64,000 nucleotides of DNA from Thermoanaerobaculia bacterium. GTDB lineage: Bacteria; Acidobacteriota; Thermoanaerobaculia; Gp7-AA8. Within the stretch, counting starts at the first letter, position 1, and each line of letters opens with the position of its first letter. A program made the position numbers and the translations under genes. This document shows positions 22,228 to 32,519 of the stretch, piece after piece. The DNA lies in the NCBI GenBank assembly GCA_035629395.1, contig DASPHZ010000002.1:69423-133422 (forward strand), given 5' to 3'. Below the pieces are notes generated by a model. That model saw only the letters and a program-made list of their open reading frames with translations, searched no databases and was not told the origin of the DNA.

Positions 22228-22608
22228 ATGGCCTCACCGAAAGACCGCCGCCGCTCCGAGCGCTACGCCACCGCGTCCATCCCGGTGCAGCTCTCCGACG
22301 TCAACGGCGAACTGATCGACCTCAGTCTCACCGGTGCCGCGGTCGTGCATCGCTCGCCCGTGAAAGCCGGTGCCGCGGCGACGCTCATCTTTCCCAGCTT
22401 CGGCGGGATCTACATTCCGTGCGAGGTCCTGCGCTCGATCGTGCAGGTGCGGCGCGGCGACAACGGCCCGGAGTACGTCTTCCGCTCCGCGATCTCGTTC
22501 TCGCCGCTGGCCCCGGAGCAGGAGCAGCCACTGCGCGAGTTCCTGACCATCCAGATCGAGCGGCTGGAAGAGGTCAGGCGCGGGGCCGAGTCGCCGAGTA
22601 CTCGCTGA
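22228..22608 (+). CDS. PilZ domain protein
   Basis: RRSERY...DLSLTGAAV pattern (RxxxR and DxSxxG). Confidence 0.65.
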   Translation: MASPKDRRRSERYATASIPVQLSDVNGELIDLSLTGAAVVHRSPVKAGAAATLIFPSFGGIYIPCEVLRSIVQVRRGDNGPEYVFRSAISFSPLAPEQEQPLREFLTIQIERLEEVRRGAESPSTR

Positions 22609-23307
22609 AGATCCCCATCTCCCGCCGCCGCTCCACGTCCACGAATCCCGACTCGCGCATCGCGTCCATGATCGCTTCCGGGCGCACGCAGTCGCGCGTG
22701 GTTTCCCAGTAGTAGCGGAAGAGTTGCGCGGTTCGGGCGCTGCGGGTACGGACGCGGATCACGGCCGGCGCGAGGACGCCCATGTAGGCGCCGAGGAACG
22801 TGCGGGCGATCCGCGATTCGGGGGCGGTGATCTCGAGGATGAGCAGCTTGCCGCCCGGCTTGAGCACGCGATGGCATTCGGCGAACACGACGGAGAGGTC
22901 GGCGAAGTGACGCAGGGCGAAACCGATCGAGATGCGGTCGAACGACTGCGACGCGAACGGCAATGCCTCCGCGGGCGCCTGCACTTTCGGCGATTGCGTG
23001 CGGCCGGAGCGCAGCATGCCGATGCTCGGGTCCATGCCGACGATCGCGTGCGGCTCGTTCGTCACTTCCATGGCCGCGCGTGCGACGACGCCCGTGCCGC
23101 TCGCGAGGTCGAGCAGTCTCATGCCGCGTGTGAGGCCCGCGCGTTTCAAAGCTTCGCGGCGATACCAGTCGCCCGAGCCGAACGACAGGAAACGCGTGGC
23201 CCAGTCGTACCACGGTGCGGTCTCGTCGAAGATGTCGCGTACGAACGTCTCGCGGCGTTCCGGTACGCCGTAGTAGTCGGTGAGTGGGGGATGGGGAGGG
23301 AGTGTGT

Positions 23308-23311
<4 letters not shown>
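22574..23311 (-). CDS. ubiE: class I SAM-dependent methyltransferase, UbiE/MenG-like
   Basis: LDLASGTG SAM motif. ~245 aa, the UbiE/COQ5 family size. Start MNTLPP overlaps the nadE stop (ATGA). Confidence 0.65.
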
Positions 23312-24963
<1,652 letters not shown>

Positions 24964-25003
24964 GAGCTGTAGAGCTGTAGAGCTTTAAAGCTTTAGAGCT
25001 TCA
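24964..25003. repeat. Five phased octamers agctgtag-agctgtag-agctttaa-agctttag-agcttcag, family A copy 2, around the palindrome GCTTTAAAGC
   Basis: Directly abuts the nadE TTG start in the divergent region upstream of the 25125 gene. Confidence 0.75.
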
Positions 25004-25124
25004 GGCTCCCCCGCCGTTCCCCCCGTTCACATCTTTTTACGACTTCGAACAAACCTCGACGCGAACTGCGCGTCTACTGCTTTCGACAACGACAACCTAA
25101 CGCAACACGCGCGGGAGGAGAAGC

Positions 25125-27752
25125 ATGACGCTCGCATGGCGTACGCTCGCCATCTGTTTCACGATAGCCACGGCAGTAGCCACGCTTGCGCAGGACGCAA
25201 AGGCGAGGCCTGAATACACGGCCGTACGGGCGGCGAAGGCGCCGCTCGTCGACGGGGACCTCTCGGACGAAGCCTGGGCGAGCGCGCCGGAGATCACCGG
25301 CTTCACGCAGCGCGATCCCGACGAAGGGAAGCCGGCCACGCAGCAGACGCGCCTCAAGGTGGTCTACACCGACGAGGCCATCTACTTCGCCGCGGTGATG
25401 GAGGACGACGGCAAGGTCACGCCGCTCCTCGCGCGCCGCGACAGCGACCTCAATAACGGCGACTACATCCGCATCAGCATCGACTCGCAGCAGGACCGCC
25501 TCAACGGCGCGGCGTTCGTCGTGAACGCGTCGAACGTGCAGATGGACATGATCCTCTACAACGACATCTACGACGATCCGAGCTGGGACGCGGTGTGGGA
25601 GTCGGCGACGAAGATCGGCGCGAACGGTTGGACCGCGGAAGTGCGCGTGCCGTACTCGCAACTGCGCTTCCCCGAAAAAGAGGTGCACACGTGGGGCCTC
25701 AACGTGAGCCGCTGGACGGCGCGTCTGCGCGAGAGCTCGCGCCTCGTCTATTCGCCGAAGAGCGAGTCGGGGTTCGTCTCGCGCTTCGCGGATCTCACCG
25801 GCATCACCGGCGTCCGTCCGCGGCGTGCGTTCGAAGTGGTGCCGTACGCGGTCGCGCGCACGGATCTGCACAGCCGCGCCGACAATCCGTTCGTCTCACC
25901 CTCCGAGCACCGCATGGACGGCGGCGTCGACGTCAAATACGGCCTCACCTCGAGCCTCACGCTGACCGGCACGATCAATCCTGATTTCGGCCAGGTGGAA
26001 GTCGATCCGGCCGTGCTCAATCTCAGCCAGTTCGAGACGTTCTTCCCGGAGAAGCGGCCGTTCTTCACCGAAGGCGCGGACGTGTTCCGCTTCGGCAGCG
26101 GCCCCGCGAACAGCCGCTGGGGCTTCAACATGTGGTTCCCGACGTTCTTCTACTCGCGCCGCATCGGCCGCTCGCCGCAGGGCTCGGTCGACGCCGACTG
26201 GCAGGACGCACCGGGCGAGACGACGATCCTCGGCGCGGCGAAAGTGACGGGCAAAGTGGGCAACGGTTGGACGGTGGGCGTGCTCGACGCGGTGACCGAC
26301 CGCGAGGAAGCGTGGTTCCGCAACGACCTGGCCGGCGGTCCCGAAGTCGGCAAAGAGGTCGTCGAGCCGATGACGAATTACCTCGTCGCGCGTGCGACGA
26401 AGGAGTACGGCAAGAGCTCGCGCGCGGGCTTCATGTTCACGTCGGTGAATCGCAGCTCGACGGAGGCGCTCGACGGCTCCCTGCGCAAGAGCGCGTATTT
26501 CGGCGGCGTCGACGGCTACACGCTGTTCAAAGACAAGGCGTGGATCCTGGAGTGGCTGGGCGGGTCGACGCTCGTGCAGGGAACGGAGGAGGCGATCGAG
26601 TCGACGCAGAACAGCTCGGCGCGCTACTACGATCGTCCCGACGCGAGCCACATCGAGCTCGATCCCACGCGCACGTCGCTCAGCGGCTGGATGGGCCGCG
26701 TCCTGTTCGCGAAGCAGAAGGGGAAGTGGCGTCCGAACATCCAGGTGCAGGCGCTCTCGCCCGGCTTCGAGGTGAACGACGTCGGCTTCCTGCCGCACAC
26801 CGACGCGATCTCGACGCACGCCGTCCTGCATTACCTCAACACCGATCAGACCCGGTACACGCGCGAGATCAGCACGTGGGTCGGCAAGTTCCAGAACTGG
26901 AATTTCGATCGCGACCTGACCGCGGACGGCGTCGCCGGCAACGCGTTCGTGCTGTTCAAGAATTACTGGTCGGCGTGGAGCTGGGGCGGGATCAGTGCCG
27001 ATCACTTCGACGATCGCATCACGCGTGGCGGCCCGGCGATGATCTACCGCGGACACTGGTACGCCGGGGGTGGCTTCGGCAGCGACAGCCGGAAGAAGTT
27101 CTCGTTCTCGGTGGAAACCGAGCGCGTGCGCGACGGCTTCGACGGCACGAACGAAATGTACTGGCTTTCGCTCACGTATCGTCCGACGCCCGCCATTCGT
27201 CTGTCTCTCACGCCGCGCTACAACAATCTGCACGAGAACGCGCAGTACGTGACGACGATCGACGACACGGGCTACGCCCCGACGTACGGCAAGCGCTACG
27301 TGTTTGCGACGCTGAACCAGAAGACGCTCGACATCGGCATCCGCACGGAGTGGACGATGAGCTCGCGCCTGTCGCTGCAGCTCTTCGTGCAGCCGTTCGT
27401 CGCCAGCGGCGATTACCTCGGCTTCAAGTACCTCACGCGTGCGCGCACGGACGAGTTCACGCCGCTGCATTCGATGCAGTACGACGCGGAGGCGAATTCG
27501 TATCGCGGCGGCGCGGGCGCGAGCTCGCTGTCCTTCGGCAATCCGAACTTCAACTTCCGCAGCGTGCGCGGCAGCGCGGTGGTGCGCTACGAGTTCCGTC
27601 CGGGCTCGGCGATGTACGTGGTGTGGAACGAGAACCGCGCGGACGTCGCGCCGGTGGGCGATTTCAAGATGGGCCGCGACTTCAGCGCCCTGCCGCATGC
27701 ACCGTCGCAGGATGTGTTCCTGGTGAAGTTTTCCTATTGGCTGCCGATGTAG
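25125..27752 (+). CDS. DUF5916-family outer-membrane-associated protein with an N-terminal CBM9-like carbohydrate-binding domain
   Basis: Signal peptide present. DGDLSDEAW...FTQRDPDEGKP start is typical of the DUF5916/CBM9 family. 875 aa. Confidence 0.65.
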   Translation: MTLAWRTLAICFTIATAVATLAQDAKARPEYTAVRAAKAPLVDGDLSDEAWASAPEITGFTQRDPDEGKPATQQTRLKVVYTDEAIYFAAVMEDDGKVTPLLARRDSDLNNGDYIRISIDSQQDRLNGAAFVVNASNVQMDMILYNDIYDDPSWDAVWESATKIGANGWTAEVRVPYSQLRFPEKEVHTWGLNVSRWTARLRESSRLVYSPKSESGFVSRFADLTGITGVRPRRAFEVVPYAVARTDLHSRADNPFVSPSEHRMDGGVDVKYGLTSSLTLTGTINPDFGQVEVDPAVLNLSQFETFFPEKRPFFTEGADVFRFGSGPANSRWGFNMWFPTFFYSRRIGRSPQGSVDADWQDAPGETTILGAAKVTGKVGNGWTVGVLDAVTDREEAWFRNDLAGGPEVGKEVVEPMTNYLVARATKEYGKSSRAGFMFTSVNRSSTEALDGSLRKSAYFGGVDGYTLFKDKAWILEWLGGSTLVQGTEEAIESTQNSSARYYDRPDASHIELDPTRTSLSGWMGRVLFAKQKGKWRPNIQVQALSPGFEVNDVGFLPHTDAISTHAVLHYLNTDQTRYTREISTWVGKFQNWNFDRDLTADGVAGNAFVLFKNYWSAWSWGGISADHFDDRITRGGPAMIYRGHWYAGGGFGSDSRKKFSFSVETERVRDGFDGTNEMYWLSLTYRPTPAIRLSLTPRYNNLHENAQYVTTIDDTGYAPTYGKRYVFATLNQKTLDIGIRTEWTMSSRLSLQLFVQPFVASGDYLGFKYLTRARTDEFTPLHSMQYDAEANSYRGGAGASSLSFGNPNFNFRSVRGSAVVRYEFRPGSAMYVVWNENRADVAPVGDFKMGRDFSALPHAPSQDVFLVKFSYWLPM

Positions 27753-27843
27753 TTCCGTGGAGTCCGCGCATGACGGGACGTCGTCTCGGTGCGGCGGAGG
27801 CGACGGCGCGAAACCGTCGTTGCGTCACGGCGAGACGTCGTAA

Positions 27844-27885
27844 CGACAGTGGACGTGCGCGCGCGGTTGCGCACGTCCACTGTCG
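27844..27885. terminator. bidirectional hairpin terminator between convergent genes
   Basis: Perfect 17-bp stem CGACAGTGGACGTGCGC / GCGCACGTCCACTGTCG with an 8-nt loop, followed by a U-rich tail on the + strand. Confidence 0.6.
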
Positions 27886-27890
27886 TGTTC

Positions 27891-28688
27891 TCAAAAGAGC
27901 TGCTGCATCGCGCAGCCGACCATCACGGCGAGGCAGGCGCCCGCCGCACATTCCGGCCACGCCGGACCGGTGAAACGGCAGGCCAGTGCTCCCGACCAGC
28001 AGCCGGTTGCGGTGCACTCGGCCCAGCTCTGCAACCGCCGCCGCAGGGACTGCACGAGCAGAATGTCAGCGTTGGTCGCCGCCGCCACGTCAATGCCGCC
28101 GAGGGACGCGACGCGCACGCCGTCGCGCTGCAGCATCACATAAGGATCGCTCGCACCCGGCGACGTCCGCGGCCCTTTGTAGTAGATCTCCGACTCCCAG
28201 TTCACCGCCAGCGTCGAGCTGTCGGTCTGGAACTGCCCATCGAGCAGCAACTCGCCACCGTTCGCGTAGTTGTGAATGTAGATCTGGCCTTCCCACGTGG
28301 CGTTGTCGCCGTCATCCCACGACCAGAAGATGATCTCCGTGTCGCCGTCGCTGAACGTCTGCGCCGGCTGCACCGGTCCTTCAGCGCGCGCGGCGATTCT
28401 CCGCGCGACGACGATGTCCGTCGGCGTCCAGCCGCGGCTTTGGAGCACCGAGGCCGCTTTACGGAACGCCTCGGGCCGCTGCGCTTTGAGCTCCTGAAGG
28501 CGCGCTTGCGCGGCCTTGGCGTCGAGCGGACTGACGGCGAACGAGCCTTTCGCCGTGGAAACGTATTCGACCGCGGACTGCTCGTGCGGGTGCGGGTGCG
28601 TCCCCGCAGGGACGGAGGCCTGGGTGGTCAGAGTTCCGAAGAGCGTCGCGACCGTGAGAACCGCGTTTCGTACTGCTGTTACTTTCAT
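27891..28688 (-). CDS. secreted hypothetical protein with a Cys-rich C-terminus
   Basis: Signal peptide MKVTAVRNAVLTVATLFGTLTTQA. Six Cys in the last 40 aa. Confidence 0.55.
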   Translation of the reverse strand: MKVTAVRNAVLTVATLFGTLTTQASVPAGTHPHPHEQSAVEYVSTAKGSFAVSPLDAKAAQARLQELKAQRPEAFRKAASVLQSRGWTPTDIVVARRIAARAEGPVQPAQTFSDGDTEIIFWSWDDGDNATWEGQIYIHNYANGGELLLDGQFQTDSSTLAVNWESEIYYKGPRTSPGASDPYVMLQRDGVRVASLGGIDVAAATNADILLVQSLRRRLQSWAECTATGCWSGALACRFTGPAWPECAAGACLAVMVGCAMQQLF

Positions 28689-28945
28689 TCATTCCTCCCA
28701 TCAATGTCGACGTATCGTCGCCGGGAATAAATGCGCTTGTTCGGATTGGCGGGCAATTCGAAAGTCACAAAGCGCCTGAACCACGTGACGAATGCGCGCG
28801 ATCCGTACGTGAATGCAGTTGAGCCCGACTGCAGACAGCGGTGGCCGCAACGCAGCCGCTGGTTCCGAACCCGTGGCGCTCGGAACCCGCTCGACGTTTC
28901 CATGAAAATCCCGCGCGCCGCGCCGCGGGGTAAACTACAGAGCAC

Positions 28946-29779
28946 ATGTCCGACGACTTCGGCACGGTCCATGTCCGGCGCGGGGAGCGCGCGAGGGAGA
29001 TCGAGGTGCTGCGGCAGCATTACCGCCAGCATCGCGAGGCACTCGTGCGCATGACCGCGGATGCGCCGACGGAGCATCTCGCCACGGAGTACCAGCGCCT
29101 CATCGCCGAAATCGACCGTGCCCTCGGCAAGCTCGACGAGCTCGAAGGCGCAGGTGCTGCTCCGCCCCCCGCGGCCGCTGCCGCGCCACCACCCCCGCCG
29201 CCTCCCCGCATTCCGCCGCCCGCCGAGCGACCACTCGCTGCCGCCCCGCGTCACGATCTGCCGGAGGCCGACGAAGCGCCGCAATCGCGCATGACATTGA
29301 TGATCGCCGCGGCGGTGCTCGCACTCGCCGTGATCGCCGGCCTCGTATGGTGGGCGAGCCGCGATGGGCAGGACGCCGGCAATACCGTCGTCGTCGAAGA
29401 CACCGCCGGCACCGCGGCCGCGCCGGTGTCGACCACGCCCGACACCATCGAAGCGGCGGCGCCTGCAGCGAGCGGCCTCGCGGCGACGCCCGCGTCGCAC
29501 GACTACGGCGAGCTCCGCAAAGGCACGCGCGCGGTGCGCGAGTTCGAGATCGCGAACAACACCGACGAGCCGATTTCCGTGCAGGTCGCGCGCTCGGCGT
29601 GCCGCTGTCTGTACTACGCACACGCACCGGTCATTCCGCCGCGCGCGAAGGAATCCTTGTCCGTCACGATCGATGGCGCGCGCGCGAAAGCAGGTCCGTT
29701 GCGCGAGGCCATTCGCATCAGCGCGAAATCGGATCCGGGCGTTGCCACATCCGTCGACGTGATCGCCACAATCCGGTGA
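28946..29779 (+). CDS. DUF1573 domain protein with a Pro-rich linker and a TM anchor
   Basis: APPPAAAAAPPPPPPPRIPPP linker. TM helix LMIAAAVLALAVIAGLVWW. C-terminal ...SACRCLYY... DUF1573-like beta-sandwich module. Confidence 0.6.
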   Translation: MSDDFGTVHVRRGERAREIEVLRQHYRQHREALVRMTADAPTEHLATEYQRLIAEIDRALGKLDELEGAGAAPPPAAAAAPPPPPPPRIPPPAERPLAAAPRHDLPEADEAPQSRMTLMIAAAVLALAVIAGLVWWASRDGQDAGNTVVVEDTAGTAAAPVSTTPDTIEAAAPAASGLAATPASHDYGELRKGTRAVREFEIANNTDEPISVQVARSACRCLYYAHAPVIPPRAKESLSVTIDGARAKAGPLREAIRISAKSDPGVATSVDVIATIR

Positions 29780-29825
29780 CGTTCGCGTGAATTAGGAACC
29801 CGAACGCTCGTGTTCTAATGCGGCC

Positions 29826-31094
29826 GTGAAGCGTCCCCTTCTATTCATCGTCGCAGCCGTATTGTGTCCATTGCGTTCCTGGACGCAGGAAGCGCCGCTC
29901 ACGATCGAGCGCGCCGTCGAGCTGGCGATGACGAGGAATGAGCGCGCCGCGATTGCCGATACGGCAGTGGAGGCAGCCGAGGCGCGGGTGCGGGCGGCGC
30001 GGACCCTGTTTTTTCCTCGGGTCGACGTGGATGGCGGCTACGCGACCGATTGGGGCAACGGCACCGAGCGCACGCTGTCGGCCGCGGCCACGGTGACGCA
30101 GCCGGTGTTCAACGCGCGCGCGTTTCCGCTCTATCGACAGCAACGGTATCTGCGGGAGGCCGCGGGCTTCGCGGCACAGGAAACGCGGCGCCTCGTCGGC
30201 TACGACGCGGCCGCGGCATTTCTGGCCACGCTGGGATTCGAGCAGGTGCTGCTCGCTGCCGAACGCCGCCGCGAATTCGCGCAGACGAACCTCGCCGATG
30301 TGCGCGCGCGATTCGAGGCGGGCCTCGTCAGCTCGAATGACGTGACGCGTGCGGAGCTCGAGCTCGCGACGGCGGTGCGCGGCGTCGCGCAGGCTTCGGG
30401 TGACGTGCAGGCCGCGCGTGTCGATCTCGAGAATCTGTTGAACGCGGAAGTCGACGGACCGCTCGCACCGCCGACGGCCTTGCTGGCCGCTGCGGCCGAG
30501 GCGCCCGCGACGACCGGGAACGGGATCGCGGAGGCGCAGGCTCGCCGCAATGACATCGCCGCCGCGCGTGCGGAAGTCGAGGCGCAGCGCGAGTTCGCGG
30601 ACGAGCCGAACGCGCGCTTCTTCCCGTCCTTACAGGTGCAGGCGCAGACGCGCAACGTCAATGACGGTCCGGTGACCTCGCGCAACAACGACGGTTTCGT
30701 CGGACTCACGTTCGCGTGGCCGGTATTCGACGCCGGCATCCGCGGCGCGGAGCGCGCGCAACGCACCGCGGAGCTGCGCGGACGCGAGCTCGAATTGCAG
30801 GCGTCCTTGCGGCAGGTCGAGCGCGAGCTGCGCAGCGCGGGCGTGCAGCTCACGACGGAGCAAGCCGCGCTGCGCGAAGCGACGGCCGCGCTCGAAGCCG
30901 CCCGCCGCAACCTGCACGAAACGACCGTGCTCTATCGCGAAGGCCTCGCCAGCGCCCTGGAGCTCGCGGACGCGACCCAGCGCCTGTTCGAAGCCGAAGT
31001 CGCGCAGGTGACGGCGCGGTACCGGATGGCGGTGGCGTATCTGTCGTTGGAAGAGGCGCGCGGGGAAGCGCCGGTGGGGGAGATAAGAAGATGA
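29826..31094 (+). CDS. TolC-family outer membrane efflux protein
   Basis: Signal peptide and tandem OEP repeats. 422 aa. Confidence 0.85.
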   Translation: MKRPLLFIVAAVLCPLRSWTQEAPLTIERAVELAMTRNERAAIADTAVEAAEARVRAARTLFFPRVDVDGGYATDWGNGTERTLSAAATVTQPVFNARAFPLYRQQRYLREAAGFAAQETRRLVGYDAAAAFLATLGFEQVLLAAERRREFAQTNLADVRARFEAGLVSSNDVTRAELELATAVRGVAQASGDVQAARVDLENLLNAEVDGPLAPPTALLAAAAEAPATTGNGIAEAQARRNDIAAARAEVEAQREFADEPNARFFPSLQVQAQTRNVNDGPVTSRNNDGFVGLTFAWPVFDAGIRGAERAQRTAELRGRELELQASLRQVERELRSAGVQLTTEQAALREATAALEAARRNLHETTVLYREGLASALELADATQRLFEAEVAQVTARYRMAVAYLSLEEARGEAPVGEIRR

Positions 31095-31185
31095 ATGCAG
31101 AATGCAGAATGCAGAATGCAGAATTGCGAAAAGGGATGCGGCTGAAGGTTCTCCTTTCTTCTTTCTGCATTCTGCATTCTGCGTT
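31095..31185. repeat. Hairpin built from phased heptamers (GAATGCA x4 ... TGCATTC x3), family C; bridges the OMP stop and the MFP start
   Basis: ~20-bp perfect stem gcagaatgcagaatgcagaat / attctgcattctgcattctgc. The second arm encodes part of the MFP lipoprotein signal peptide (SSFCILHSAF). Confidence 0.8.
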
Positions 31186-32251
31186 CGTCTTTTCCTGCTC
31201 CAGGGGTGATGCCGCGGCCAACGCCTCCGCTGGCGGGTCGGGGGCAAGCCGCCGCGGGGCGATGGAGTTTCCGGTCGAGGTGAAGGCGGTTGAGTCGCGT
31301 CGCGTCGAGTATTCCGTCAATGCGGTCGGGTCGCTCGACGCGTTCGAGCGTGTGGCTGTGACGGCGCGTGTGGCGGGTGCGATCGAGAAGGTGAATTTTC
31401 GCGAGGGGCAGCTCGTGTCCACCGGGTCGACGCTCGCGGAGATCGAGCCGGAGCGGTATCGCATCGCGGTCCGCGCCGCGGAGGCGGCGGTGACGAAGGC
31501 GCTGGCGTCGAAGGCGGAAGCGGAGGCGGGGTATGCGCGGCGGCAGGCGGCGAGTGAGAAGAATCCGGGGCTGATCCGCGGCGAAGAGATCGAGACGTGG
31601 CGGACGAAGGTGCAGACCGCGGCCGCGGAAGTCGCGGCGGCGCAGGCCGCGCTCGCGCAGGCGCGGCTCAATCTGCGCGACGCGTTCGTGCGCGCGCCGG
31701 TCGCCGGCACCATCCAGACGCGCACCGTCGAGACGGGACAGTACGTGCCGGTCGGCACCGTGCTCGCCACGCTCATGCGCCGCGACCCGCTCCTGCTGCG
31801 CTTCCAGGTGCCGGAGCAGGAAGCGATGCCGCTGCGTCCGGGCATCGTCGCGCGGTTCAACGTGGCCGAGGATCAGGCGCAGCATCGGGCGACGATCACG
31901 CATGTAGCCGCGGCGGCGAATCGCTCCTCGCGCATGGTCGACATCACCGCGAACGTCATCGACGCGAACCGCCCCGAGCTTCGTCCCGGCGCCTTCGCGC
32001 GCGTGACGGTGCCGATCGGTTCCGAGCGCGACGCGCCCGTCATCCCGCAGACCGCCATCCGGCCAAGCGAAAAAGGCTTCCTCGCCTTCACCGTCAATAA
32101 CGGCGTCGCCACACAACGCGTCCTCACCCTCGGCATGCGCACCGCCGACGGCCAGGTCGAAGTGAAGGAAGGCCTCCAACCCGGCGAGCTGCTGGTGATC
32201 CGCGGCGCGGAAGCGTTGCGGGATGGGGCGAAGGTGAAGGTGACGAGGTGA
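31136..32251 (+). CDS. efflux RND periplasmic adaptor (HlyD/MFP family), lipoprotein
   Basis: Lipobox MRLKVLLSSFCILHSAFVFSC. Coiled-coil plus beta-barrel MFP pattern. The ORF-track start at 30716 is an antisense-region extension. Confidence 0.8.
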   Translation: MRLKVLLSSFCILHSAFVFSCSRGDAAANASAGGSGASRRGAMEFPVEVKAVESRRVEYSVNAVGSLDAFERVAVTARVAGAIEKVNFREGQLVSTGSTLAEIEPERYRIAVRAAEAAVTKALASKAEAEAGYARRQAASEKNPGLIRGEEIETWRTKVQTAAAEVAAAQAALAQARLNLRDAFVRAPVAGTIQTRTVETGQYVPVGTVLATLMRRDPLLLRFQVPEQEAMPLRPGIVARFNVAEDQAQHRATITHVAAAANRSSRMVDITANVIDANRPELRPGAFARVTVPIGSERDAPVIPQTAIRPSEKGFLAFTVNNGVATQRVLTLGMRTADGQVEVKEGLQPGELLVIRGAEALRDGAKVKVTR

Positions 32252-32287
32252 CGACGGGACGACGGGAGAGATGTTGCGCAAGCGGGG

Positions 32288-32504
32288 GAGCTGTTGAGCT
32301 GTTGAGCCGTTGAGCAAGGCGAGGCGCCGAGAGCTGTAAAGCTGTAAAGCTGTAAAGCGGTAGAGGGGTCAAGCCCCTTTATAGCTCTACAGCTCTACGG
32401 CTCTACAGCTCAATGCCTCAACAGCTCAACAGCTCAACGGCTCAACAGCTCAACAGCTCTATAGCTCTATAGCTCTACAGCTCAATGCCTCAACAGCTCA
32501 ACAG
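32288..32504. repeat. ~215-bp inverted array of ~27 perfectly phased octamers (GTTGAGCT/GTAAAGCT ... AGCTCTAC/AGCTCAAC), family A copy 3; fills the MFP-to-RND gap
   Basis: Dyad centre ggggtcaagcccc. Right arm is 15 consecutive RGCTCWAY octamers, including an internal 34-bp duplication. Confidence 0.85.
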
Positions 32505-32519
32505 GCGAGAACCAATGCC

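Noticed and set aside
29780-29825. 6-bp inverted repeat CGTTCG...CGAACG after the DUF1573 gene as a possible terminator
   Set aside because: Short stem, long loop, no U-tract.
30716-31135. Upstream extension of the MFP ORF, including the in-frame ATG at 31095 (MNAECRMQNAELRKG...)
   Set aside because: The extension runs antisense through the TolC gene end. The lipoprotein signal peptide MRLKVLLSSFCILHSAFVFSC starting at 31136 is the natural N-terminus. The 31095 start is kept as a possibility only in the hairpin finding.
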